Source: a virus
IMG/VR virus record: IMGVR_UViG_3300019888_000002
Coordinates: 67,158 to 131,157 of that record
Direction: 5' to 3' (one strand)
DNA: 64,000 bases
Part shown: one piece after another, positions 17,489 through 25,185 of the stretch
Numbering within the stretch: position 1 is the first letter of the stretch
Layout: each line of letters starts with the position of its first letter
Made by a program: the position numbers and the translations under genes
The notes under the pieces: model-generated
Databases searched by the model: none
Told to the model about the DNA's origin: nothing
The model's input: the letters and a program-made list of their open reading frames with translations, nothing else

Positions 17489-17826
17489 CACGTCGTCCAC
17501 AGGAGTTGCGCGGGAAGGTAACGGCGCATCGTGGATGCGGCCAATGGTGCGGTTTCGTAGCTGCACCACAGACTGTCGCGCTTCTGATGCATGTCTCGGT
17601 CCCGGTCGATAACGACAGCAAGATCCGGCAGTGCATTCAACTGCTCGACGGTGGTGATGGTGCAGGCATCTCGGATTGCTTGCGCGATATGCCCTGCGAA
17701 GTCCAGTGCCTGTGCGCCGTGGCCTGCCGATGACTTCCAGCCACACGAGCAATCGCGACGATGAGAGTGCGGATAGAGAATGGGGTTGTACAGGTGTGCT
17801 GCGATGACGCTCGTCAGATCGCTCAC
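17488..17826 (-). CDS. Hypothetical protein
   Basis: ORF track; CSCGW...H.A pattern. Confidence 0.6.
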   Translation of the reverse strand: MSDLTSVIAAHLYNPILYPHSHRRDCSCGWKSSAGHGAQALDFAGHIAQAIRDACTITTVEQLNALPDLAVVIDRDRDMHQKRDSLWCSYETAPLAASTMRRYLPAQLLWTT

Positions 17827-18104
17827 GACGTCACCTCACGATACGGATTGACGATATCGTCGTTCGAACATGCTGCCAATACGCCTTCGTCCCATGCTTC
17901 GGCGCAACGCGCCTCTGCCAACATTGCGCGCTGATGCAGTGAGATGAGCCGCGCCGCGTCCTCGTCACCTCGGGCTGCCGCCTCTTCGAAACGTCGCTTC
18001 CACTCGTCCGCTCGGTCGCGTTCGATCCCGATCTCTGTAAACAACTGCGGCACTGTCATGTGTGCGATCTGCTCGTCGGTGGACCGATTACTCGTGTGCG
18101 GCAT
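17823..18104 (-). CDS. Coiled-coil hypothetical protein
   Basis: GGAGG RBS; ends with the common AWDEG....NPY motif. Confidence 0.55.
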   Translation of the reverse strand: MPHTSNRSTDEQIAHMTVPQLFTEIGIERDRADEWKRRFEEAAARGDEDAARLISLHQRAMLAEARCAEAWDEGVLAACSNDDIVNPYREVTS

Positions 18105-18348
18105 GAAAGCCTCCGCAATTATGGAAGTATCGTTCCTCGTCCAACTGCTCCTGTAGACGATCTGCTCGATCTCGTTCGGCGACAGCAAGGTTGCGCAGTT
18201 GCAGCATCGGCACGCGGTAGTCACCCTCGGGGTGAGTGCATCCCATCGGTAGACCACCGTCGCAGAGACCACAGACCGCGAGCCACGGATCGAACTCGGA
18301 AAGCTGCTCGTCCGTGGTCCGAGGCCGCTCACCGGCATCGTGGGTCAT
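18088..18348 (-). CDS. Hypothetical protein
   Basis: CGLCD.G....C.H zinc motif. Confidence 0.55.
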   Translation of the reverse strand: MTHDAGERPRTTDEQLSEFDPWLAVCGLCDGGLPMGCTHPEGDYRVPMLQLRNLAVAERDRADRLQEQLDEERYFHNCGGFHAAHE

Positions 18349-18563
18349 CAGTCCACCTGAGTGTTCCGGTCGTCGGAGCCCTGGTACTCCCGCAGAATGT
18401 CGTCGTCGGAATAGATGTCGGCCATCCGCATGGACGACCCATCCGGCCCCGCAGCCTCCCGTTCCACCAACCCCCGCTCGTCGTCCAGCACATCGTCCAG
18501 GATGTGATCCTGCACGTACGAACTCGGTGACGGGGTCGACCCCCTACCCTCCGGACCGATCAT
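18348..18563 (-). CDS. Acidic hypothetical protein
   Basis: ATGA overlap. Confidence 0.45.
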   Translation of the reverse strand: MIGPEGRGSTPSPSSYVQDHILDDVLDDERGLVEREAAGPDGSSMRMADIYSDDDILREYQGSDDRNTQVD

Positions 18564-18865
18564 CGGAACAGGTCCGGCTCTTCGAAATACCCGCTCCACG
18601 GTTCCACCGTCGGATCGAAACCCTCCGGCAGACCCTCCACCGCGATCGAAGCGTTGGACCACATGGCAGCCTGCTGAAGCGCGGTGAGCGCCAGATTCCG
18701 GTGTCGCCCGGGCCGGGTCATGTCCATCACGGTGACGGCCATGGCCTTGTACGAACGCCGGATCGTCTCGTGTGCCTTGACGCTGAGCGCGTTCGGCGGA
18801 TGGTAATCGAACCGGTTGAGCACCTCGACCACCTCCTTGGCGCTGAACTCCTCCTCATTCGTCAC
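18560..18865 (-). CDS. Acb2/Tad1-like helical-hairpin protein (putative cyclic-nucleotide sponge)
   Basis: NRFDYHPP...HETIR...PGRHRNLALTALQQAAMWSNASIA resembles the Tad1 helix SRENACALTHVEEALMW (recalled from memory). Confidence 0.6.
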   Translation of the reverse strand: MTNEEEFSAKEVVEVLNRFDYHPPNALSVKAHETIRRSYKAMAVTVMDMTRPGRHRNLALTALQQAAMWSNASIAVEGLPEGFDPTVEPWSGYFEEPDLFR

Positions 18866-18989
18866 CGTCGTCCCCCTCTTCGTCGTCGGTCTCGACCTCG
18901 GGTCCCCCGAGCAGAGCGTTACGGTGCTCCTCGGCCGTGGCGAGACGCTCCAACGCCTCGGCGATCCGGACCGCTGTCTCTTGGGTCAT
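18855..18989 (-). CDS. Small protein with acidic tail
   Basis: MTQETAVRIAEALERLA...ETDDEEGDDGDE. Confidence 0.5.
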   Translation of the reverse strand: MTQETAVRIAEALERLATAEEHRNALLGGPEVETDDEEGDDGDE

Positions 18990-19155
18990 TTCGAATCCTT
19001 CTGCTTTGTGCACGGTTGTTGGTAGCCGTCGTCTTCGCATCCGCAATCCCGGCACCTGCGTCCGCGACCGAGCGTGGTCTTGCTCCACGGTTCCCAGTCG
19101 TGATCGCCCGAACCTTTGATCCGAGGAAGGCGTCCGTCGATAGTGAGGTGCTCGG

Positions 19156-19590
19156 TCACGGTGTCTTCACGTCCCCGCGAAAGGACGTGCGCCGTTCTTC
19201 GTCGGTGCTCAGTTCCCGCACGGTATAGGGATCGTGACCTGGTCCGTGATTGGGCGCAAAGGGCCTGAAATCGTCATCGAGCACGAACCACTCGCACGCC
19301 TCGTGCGTCTCCACCTCGATCACCCGGTCGAAGAGCCAGCGCCGCCACGACTGCTCGTTGTAGCTTGCGGCCGGAACGATGAAAAAGTGCAGCACACCCC
19401 GATTGATCTCGTGATGATAGGTGTCCGGCCCCACCACCTGAATCGTGAGGGTCAAACCCTCGGACCCTTGTCCCCGATCGATCTCTCGAAGGTTGAAACA
19501 CCAGTTGGCCTTGTACGTGAGCCGGGACACCAGGTCCGCCAGCGCCGTGGGGTACGGCGCGCTCTGAGTCATCGGCTGCTCCGGCATCAC
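19156..19590 (-). CDS. Hypothetical protein
   Basis: AGGAGA RBS; ordered globular-looking sequence. Confidence 0.65.
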   Translation of the reverse strand: MMPEQPMTQSAPYPTALADLVSRLTYKANWCFNLREIDRGQGSEGLTLTIQVVGPDTYHHEINRGVLHFFIVPAASYNEQSWRRWLFDRVIEVETHEACEWFVLDDDFRPFAPNHGPGHDPYTVRELSTDEERRTSFRGDVKTP

Positions 19591-19910
19591 CGTTCTCCTT
19601 CGGGCCGAATGTCGAAGGTCCGCTGAATCCAGCTGCCCCCCTCGTGGTCGACGGCCATCAACGCGACACCCTCCGAACTCGGCTGGAAGCCCGGAGTCAG
19701 AGACTGGGTGGAATGCCGCATCGCCTGCCGCAACGATCGCAGATGATTGTCACAGGCCGTGTCGATGAGCGTCTCGAGATCACCCACCGGCATAGTCCCC
19801 TTCCGTTCCTCCTCGAGACTCTGGTGCAGCAGCAACGACAGCACGGCCCGGATCAGGTCCCGCCGAGTGGACTCGGGACTCGGATAGTGCGGGAACGGAC
19901 TCTTGCTCAT
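19587..19910 (-). CDS. Hypothetical protein
   Basis: GAGGA RBS; start uncertain. Confidence 0.5.
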   Translation of the reverse strand: MSKSPFPHYPSPESTRRDLIRAVLSLLLHQSLEEERKGTMPVGDLETLIDTACDNHLRSLRQAMRHSTQSLTPGFQPSSEGVALMAVDHEGGSWIQRTFDIRPEGER

Positions 19911-20005
19911 CGGATCATCTTCCTCTCGACCCCCGACGGAAACGACCCCCGGAACCCCCGTGCGGCCGCCCCAAACGGCCGCCCGAGCCTGTTCGGCGTC
20001 GGCGC

Positions 20006-20116
20006 TCACATTTCCCCTGCCCGGCCGGTGTTGCGGACGCAGGAAAGCACTCCGGCGATCACCAGACCCATGTAGACCCCGACGGCGAGACCCAGCACGA
20101 TCGACACGAACCTCAC
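20006..20116 (-). CDS. Small membrane peptide
   Basis: MRFVSIVLGLAVGVYMGLVIAGVLSC; GTGA overlap. Confidence 0.45.
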   Translation of the reverse strand: MRFVSIVLGLAVGVYMGLVIAGVLSCVRNTGRAGEM

Positions 20117-20265
20117 GGGCGTATCTGACACAACTGGTCCACCCCGAAATGACTCCAGTACCAGACCCCCACCCCGAAACCGACGGTCCCGAAGCTCAGC
20201 ATCCCGACGATGCTCACGAAGAGCAGGTTCTTCGCCATCACGACCAGAGACGAATCACCGCTCAT
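20113..20265 (-). CDS. Small membrane protein
   Basis: MSGDSSLVVMAKNLLFVSIVGMLSFGTVGFGVGVWYW; ATGA overlap. Confidence 0.5.
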   Translation of the reverse strand: MSGDSSLVVMAKNLLFVSIVGMLSFGTVGFGVGVWYWSHFGVDQLCQIRP

Positions 20266-20417
20266 CGGATACTCATCTCGTCGGAGATCTCATAGACGTG
20301 TGCGACGACATTGCCCGCGTAGTCGCTGGTGTCCTCGTACCAGGTATGGCCGGTGGGATCGACATGGTGTTGCCCGTCGCAGTCCTCCGCGATACAGAAC
20401 AGAGCCTTGCATCTCAT
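20262..20417 (-). CDS. Small Cys/His protein
   Basis: MRCKALFCIAEDCDGQHHVD; GAGGAGAG RBS. Confidence 0.55.
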   Translation of the reverse strand: MRCKALFCIAEDCDGQHHVDPTGHTWYEDTSDYAGNVVAHVYEISDEMSIR

Positions 20418-20446
20418 ACCGCTCTCCTCAGGTCGATTGCCGAAAA

Positions 20447-20553
20447 TGGGGTGGACCAGGGAGGAATCGAACCTCCGACCACGGATAACACCGACTCTTG
20501 CCGAGTCCGCTGCGCAGCATGTGCCCCTTGCTCTACCACTGAGCTACCGGCCC
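20447..20553 (-). ncRNA. tRNA-like RNA with aberrant, enlarged anticodon domain
   Basis: Acceptor GGGCCGG/CTGGTCC plus discriminator A, D arm GCTC-AGTGGTA-GAGC, T arm GGAGG-TTCGATT-CCTCC, variable GGTC, 3' ACCCCA; about 47 nt in place of the 17-nt anticodon arm; intergenic. Confidence 0.8.
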
Positions 20554-20557
20554 CTTG

Positions 20558-20713
20558 TCATTCGACCGAACCGATCTCCAGGTCGTGCGCCATCCACCCG
20601 TTGTCGTGCACCAGATCCGACAACCGGCTCTCGGCGTCGTCCCGGGTGTCGAGACCCGCCTCGATCTCGTCCCCGGTCACGGCGTTGAAGATGACATACT
20701 CCTCGCCCGGCAT
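20558..20713 (-). CDS. Small acidic hypothetical protein
   Basis: GCGGAGG RBS. Confidence 0.5.
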   Translation of the reverse strand: MPGEEYVIFNAVTGDEIEAGLDTRDDAESRLSDLVHDNGWMAHDLEIGSVE

Positions 20714-20715
20714 CG

Positions 20716-20901
20716 TCAGAACCTCCGCTCGCATCGCCAGGGACCGATCAGCCAGGTGTGGCCCCGCCAATAGATGCGCAGCCGCCTGTTCGATGTCGCC
20801 GGGTGCCCGTCGAACCACGTCGTGGTGGCGTGGTGGACGCTGATCAGACGTTTGTCCAGCGCCGTGAAGCCCAACGAGTCCCGCACATGAACGACGTTCA
20901 T
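20716..20901 (-). CDS. Hypothetical protein
   Basis: ATGA overlap. Confidence 0.45.
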   Translation of the reverse strand: MNVVHVRDSLGFTALDKRLISVHHATTTWFDGHPATSNRRLRIYWRGHTWLIGPWRCERRF

Positions 20902-21293
20902 CCGATCCTCTCTTGGGTCGCCTCGAGCACCTGCACATTGGTCTTCCCGAACTCCGTCTCCAGCCCCCGCTGCACCCGTTCGAGGAACCCGCTGCTCGAG
21001 ATCGGATCGAGATCGGGGGGCACCCGCAACGCCACGGTGAGCGTGAGGAAGCGCCGCTCCCAGGGTGCGGAATCCTCCCGGGCACAGACCTCGGTCCTGG
21101 TCGAGGTGCTCACGACGTACCGCGACTGCGGGTTGCCGACGGGATGCAACTCGACCGAGATCATCGAGCCGTCCATCCCCAGGTAAGGCCGCGACACCCC
21201 GAAGATCAAGCACTCCTCCCCGTTGTTACGGATGACGTGCCCGGGCCGAAGATCGGCCACGGGCATCTTGTCCCAGAGTGCCCGGTCGGTCAT
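20898..21293 (-). CDS. Hypothetical protein
   Basis: GGAGG RBS; ATGA overlaps. Confidence 0.6.
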   Translation of the reverse strand: MTDRALWDKMPVADLRPGHVIRNNGEECLIFGVSRPYLGMDGSMISVELHPVGNPQSRYVVSTSTRTEVCAREDSAPWERRFLTLTVALRVPPDLDPISSSGFLERVQRGLETEFGKTNVQVLEATQERIG

Positions 21294-21445
21294 CCGTCCT
21301 CCGGATCGTCGCTGTAGGGGTGCTCGGCACCCTCTTCCATCACCGAATCCCAGTACCCCAGTGCGTCGGGGTCGATCTCGTCATTGTCCTCGAAATCGAA
21401 GTTCGGGTCCATCCGGTGAAAGCGGTCCATCGTGGTGTCGATCAT
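21290..21445 (-). CDS. Highly acidic 51-aa peptide
   Basis: MIDTTMDRFHRMDPNFDFEDNDEIDPDALGYWDSVMEEGAEHPYSDDPEDG; GAAGGAACCCCC before ATG; not in the ORF track (<60 aa). Confidence 0.65.
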   Translation of the reverse strand: MIDTTMDRFHRMDPNFDFEDNDEIDPDALGYWDSVMEEGAEHPYSDDPEDG

Positions 21446-21467
21446 GGGGGTTCCTTCCGTCGGTTGC

Positions 21468-21505
21468 TGCTACACCTATGGTACAGCATCGGTACAGGAA
21501 GTCAA
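21468..21505 (-). promoter_or_regulatory. SigA-like promoter with inverted-orientation heptads
   Basis: TTGACT-N16-TACCAT; GTAC at 21481 and 21492 (11-bp period). Confidence 0.7.
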
Positions 21506-21672
21506 TCCCCTCTCATCAGGGATCGCTGCTCGTGCATCTTCTCGAGCCGTCGGTTCATCTCGGCATCGACCTCCGCGACATCACGGCCGAGCTGCTTGCG
21601 CCGGGCGTCCAGCTCCGTCAGACTCATGGCCTCGAGGTTCACGGGCGGAACCAGCTCGTTCACCCTTTTCAC
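21502..21672 (-). CDS. Small coiled-coil protein
   Basis: GTG overlapping the upstream stop. Confidence 0.45.
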   Translation of the reverse strand: MKRVNELVPPVNLEAMSLTELDARRKQLGRDVAEVDAEMNRRLEKMHEQRSLMRGD

Positions 21673-21974
21673 CCGCGCCGATATTTGTTCTCGAAGATGT
21701 CGTTCTTGATGGGGTAGAAACCGTGTGAATCCTTCGCCACCCATTCTCCGACCTCCAGGGGTAACCAGGACTCGTTCGCATCGACATAGAGGTTCGCCGT
21801 ACGTCCGACGACCCCTTCACCGGGAGAAATGACCGCCCTCGACACAAACTTCGGTCCGCACCACTCCAGCACGGCGTCGGTACTGTCGGGCTCCCCCGTC
21901 CACTGCATGGCCACGATCTCGGTGGGAACGGAGACGTAGGTCTGCGGTTCCGTCGACGCATTCCGAAAGCTCAT
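21669..21974 (-). CDS. Conserved phage protein (beta-rich, 'G.W......FYP.K.DIF...Y' family)
   Basis: IVAMQWTG...VGEWVAKDSHGFYPIKNDIFENKY. Confidence 0.65.
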   Translation of the reverse strand: MSFRNASTEPQTYVSVPTEIVAMQWTGEPDSTDAVLEWCGPKFVSRAVISPGEGVVGRTANLYVDANESWLPLEVGEWVAKDSHGFYPIKNDIFENKYRRG

Positions 21975-22246
21975 GACGAAGCCCCCTCTTCGTCCGCATG
22001 GTTGCAGCCGGGAGAGAGCCACCCCGGGAATATCTTGCTCCACAGGGCCATCAGATCTCGGAGCGGCACGATGACGTCGATATCCTCGTTCTCGTTGATC
22101 ACCCTGATCAGCTCGGGCTCCACGTTGTGATAGGCCAACCGGACCCGGCGACGTTCCCCGTCGAGATAGACCACTTCGTCGGGGGTGTGCGGATCGAGAG
22201 TGTCGTACTCCATCCCGTCCACGATCATCCTGGGAGAAACAGGCAT
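21971..22246 (-). CDS. Hypothetical protein
   Basis: ORF; start uncertain. Confidence 0.45.
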   Translation of the reverse strand: MPVSPRMIVDGMEYDTLDPHTPDEVVYLDGERRRVRLAYHNVEPELIRVINENEDIDVIVPLRDLMALWSKIFPGWLSPGCNHADEEGASS

Positions 22247-22311
22247 CACAGCGCCCACAGCCGGGTCAGCAGCAGGTAATAGATCAGGTTCCCGAGTTTG
22301 CGGATCATCAC

Positions 22312-22518
22312 TCACCATCCTGTCCCCAATCGTCGCTGTTGTCCGGACTGACTCAGGGCCAGCTGCTCCCGCAGGTACCTGATCTCCTCGACCAGAGGCT
22401 GCTCCCCGGTCACGGCGGTGTACGAACGGTGCGGGCCGGGATGGGCGTAGGTCTGCGAACACGTGACATCCGAACAGTTCCCGGTGCGGCCGTTGTCCTT
22501 GGTGAGCCCGGAGGGCAT
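22312..22518 (-). CDS. Hypothetical protein
   Basis: AAGGAG RBS. Confidence 0.5.
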   Translation of the reverse strand: MPSGLTKDNGRTGNCSDVTCSQTYAHPGPHRSYTAVTGEQPLVEEIRYLREQLALSQSGQQRRLGTGW

Positions 22519-22529
22519 CGTCGTCTCCT

Positions 22530-22793
22530 TCATCGGGCATACACCTCCGGATGTGCCAGCCACTCCGGCAGAACGGTGGGAGCGTCCTCGGGGCTCAGCT
22601 TCATGTCGTGGAACTTGGCCTGCTTGAAGACGTTCTCCCGGTCGTACATCACGATCAGCCGGATCATGCCCTTCCCGAAACTGTCGTAGGTCGGCCCGGA
22701 CACTCGTTGCCAACCCTTGAGCCGGGCCTCCTTGGCCACGGCGGCACGACCCAGCTCGATCCTCTTCATGGCTTCATCCTTGGCTTCATCCAC
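22530..22793 (-). CDS. Hypothetical protein
   Basis: ORF track. Confidence 0.55.
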   Translation of the reverse strand: MDEAKDEAMKRIELGRAAVAKEARLKGWQRVSGPTYDSFGKGMIRLIVMYDRENVFKQAKFHDMKLSPEDAPTVLPEWLAHPEVYAR

Positions 22794-23080
22794 CTTCGCA
22801 TCGGGTCTCTGTTCTCCGGGATCACATAGGGGTTGCTGGCCTGCTTCCCACCCTGGGGCTCGGTCCAGTTGACCTTCGGGAAATCATCGATACAGGCGTC
22901 GTAGCCGTTGTTCCAGGCTTGGTAGAGCGGATCGAGCCTCTCCCAGAGTCCGCGCTCCTTGGCCTCCAGAATCGATCCGATGATCTGCCGGGAGATCAGG
23001 CCGATTCCCAGCAGAACGAGACACAGGAGGATGACCACCGAAAGCGTGGACACCATATCGATCGCCCACCGGCTCAGCAT
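22766..23080 (-). CDS. Membrane-anchored protein
   Basis: N-terminal TM helix; AWNNGYD...NPY. Confidence 0.55.
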   Translation of the reverse strand: MLSRWAIDMVSTLSVVILLCLVLLGIGLISRQIIGSILEAKERGLWERLDPLYQAWNNGYDACIDDFPKVNWTEPQGGKQASNPYVIPENRDPMRRWMKPRMKP

Positions 23081-23502
23081 GTGTCGCCGCTCTCTCGTAA
23101 TTCCACCGGAGAGCCTTCAACCCGGCTCCAGCCCGTGTGGTCGAACAACCACACCCCGAAGTCCTGGGTACGGTGCGGGACGAAAGACGGGTCGACGTCC
23201 TCGGTCGGGAGCACCAGGGTGGGTTCGTCCTCGAGCGGTTCGGGTTCGAGGTCCTGTTTGAGCGGCACCACGAAATGACCGTGCCGAGTGCTGCGCTGAG
23301 GTTTGTGCCCCACCGGCAGACAGCACCTCCACCCGGGAACATCGGTAAATCCACACGTCTCGGCCGGACCGTCGACCGACTTCACCTTCTTCAAGTGCCT
23401 GCCCCTCTTCTCGATGGTGGCGAAGACCCGGCCACAGGAACAATGCCAGCCGTACTTGGTCCGGGTCCCCGGAGTGTGCTCAACCATCCTCGAGTCCGTC
23501 AC
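23074..23502 (-). CDS. Zinc-finger hypothetical protein
   Basis: WHCSCG...H; CG...C.L..GH...H. Confidence 0.55.
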   Translation of the reverse strand: MTDSRMVEHTPGTRTKYGWHCSCGRVFATIEKRGRHLKKVKSVDGPAETCGFTDVPGWRCCLPVGHKPQRSTRHGHFVVPLKQDLEPEPLEDEPTLVLPTEDVDPSFVPHRTQDFGVWLFDHTGWSRVEGSPVELRESGDTC

Positions 23503-23591
23503 GGTCCATCAGATATGCAGCAGCCAGCGCACGAGGCTGACCGCCGCTCCGAGCAGCAGCAGTACGGCATGTGGGTCTATGGGGTCTCTCA

Positions 23592-24173
23592 TCACGGCTC
23601 CTCGTGTTGTTTCGTCGCAGCTTCAACGGTATGCCGAATTGCGTTGCTCAGAGCGTCCACAGCGGCCTCGATACCGGCGTGAAAAGTGGTGTGTGTCCCG
23701 GTGTTCGCAACCAAGGCAGAACAGCGATGGCACACCCAGAGCCCATTCAGGGCGGTGTAGTCATCCGACAGCGAGTACGCCAGCCCGAAATAATGGTTCG
23801 TCTGGATGTCCGCCTGACCACGATTATGTCCAGCGGCAAGAACGCACCGATGACCGTTGTAGGTCGCACCACATTGCCGCTCTCGGCTCGACTGTGCCGA
23901 GTCCGGGGGTGGTGTCATCTCGCTGCGAGGCACGGTCGCCGAGGGGTAGCCACCCGTGACCTCCCGGCTCATGTCTATCCGGCCCGCGTCTGTCAGGCAC
24001 GGATCTGTCAAGCGCGTCCAGCCCGCATGGTTGAACAGGTAGACGCCGTAGCTGGAGGGATTCTCGAGTTGACTCGGGTCCGTGGTGTCGGAGTCGGTGT
24101 CGAGCCGACGGCAGAGATCCCGCCACTTCTGACCGTCCGACAGCACCTCCTCACCGCTGTTCGGAGAATTCAT
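23592..24173 (-). CDS. Hypothetical protein with Cys/His clusters
   Basis: CGAT....CVL..GH; VCHRCSALV....TH..FH. Confidence 0.55.
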   Translation of the reverse strand: MNSPNSGEEVLSDGQKWRDLCRRLDTDSDTTDPSQLENPSSYGVYLFNHAGWTRLTDPCLTDAGRIDMSREVTGGYPSATVPRSEMTPPPDSAQSSRERQCGATYNGHRCVLAAGHNRGQADIQTNHYFGLAYSLSDDYTALNGLWVCHRCSALVANTGTHTTFHAGIEAAVDALSNAIRHTVEAATKQHEEP

Positions 24174-24262
24174 CGTTCATCCCTCCATGCATCTGCATAC
24201 CCAACGACTGTCGATCAGCGTCCTACAGCCACCGCACCACCGGCACACGTCGGTGATCAGCT

Positions 24263-24694
24263 TCATCCGAGCCTCTTCCAGCAGTAGTTGCATCGCCTGC
24301 GAACGAACCCGGAGTACCCGATACGCCTCGTGGAGCGGTGCCAGCCCAGTCGGCACAGAAGCGGAACCTTGCATGGGGCAGGACCGTCGAAGTTCAGCTC
24401 AGTCCCGAGCCGATGTCTCATCAGCGCACTGCCCTCGCGCACCGCACGTGGAAGATGGAACCCGCAGCAGGATGGTTGTCGGCCAACATCCTGGGGAACG
24501 GTGAGCCGATGTATCAGCACGTCCTTGTCGGTGAGCTGTGCAGCCACCAGGGCCACCCCCATAGGACCGAACTCGTCGCCCAGCACCCGCAGCATCCATG
24601 ACAGCCGGTGGTCGATGCCCGGTAAGCGCGAGCGCTCTATTTCCTTGTTCATGCGCACTCGCACGGCCTCGGCGTCGTACCGCTTCTCGGTCAT
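24263..24694 (-). CDS. Hypothetical protein
   Basis: ORF track; C-terminal LCRLGWH...C..C. Confidence 0.5.
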   Translation of the reverse strand: MTEKRYDAEAVRVRMNKEIERSRLPGIDHRLSWMLRVLGDEFGPMGVALVAAQLTDKDVLIHRLTVPQDVGRQPSCCGFHLPRAVREGSALMRHRLGTELNFDGPAPCKVPLLCRLGWHRSTRRIGYSGFVRRRCNYCWKRLG

Positions 24695-24696
24695 GG

Positions 24697-25107
24697 CTAC
24701 GGAAGGATGAGCTTGCTCTTAGGGTCACCCAGGGTGCCGTCGGCGCGCAGTGTGCCCTCCTTGCCGTCGGCCGCACCACTCTGAATCTCACGGGACATCT
24801 GCTCGTGATCGATGGTGTAGTCCTTGGGGTCGATGCGGGCCTCGATGGCGATCGTCGGCAAGAAGTACAGGGTGTCCGAGTTCGGGTCCCCGTCCACATC
24901 CACATCCTTCCAATAGACCTTGGCAAGCAGGCCCAGAGCGGCGAAGCGATCCGGGACCTCGGCCTCGAACGCCTTGCTCGTCGTGTCCGTGAACGGCTTG
25001 AAGCCGTACTTGTTCTGAAGGTCGGCTGCCAGCTCACGGACCGAGTTCATCTCATTGGGGTACAGATCGATGCTCTCGGGTGGACCTGCTGTAGGCATCT
25101 GGGGCAT
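24697..25107 (-). CDS. Hypothetical protein
   Basis: AGGAG RBS; phage-like codon usage. Confidence 0.7.
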   Translation of the reverse strand: MPQMPTAGPPESIDLYPNEMNSVRELAADLQNKYGFKPFTDTTSKAFEAEVPDRFAALGLLAKVYWKDVDVDGDPNSDTLYFLPTIAIEARIDPKDYTIDHEQMSREIQSGAADGKEGTLRADGTLGDPKSKLILP

Positions 25108-25185
25108 AAGTGACTCCTGGGATCATTAGGGTAAAACTGTTTAGGCCAGTTCGTATTCAGTTGTCGGTCACTTCGACATTGTCGT

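Noticed and set aside
20447-20553. Calling the element a normal tRNA (e.g. Cys GCA, Lys or Met) or a tmRNA
   Set aside because: No 7-nt anticodon loop with U33 can be formed; far too short for tmRNA and no tag ORF
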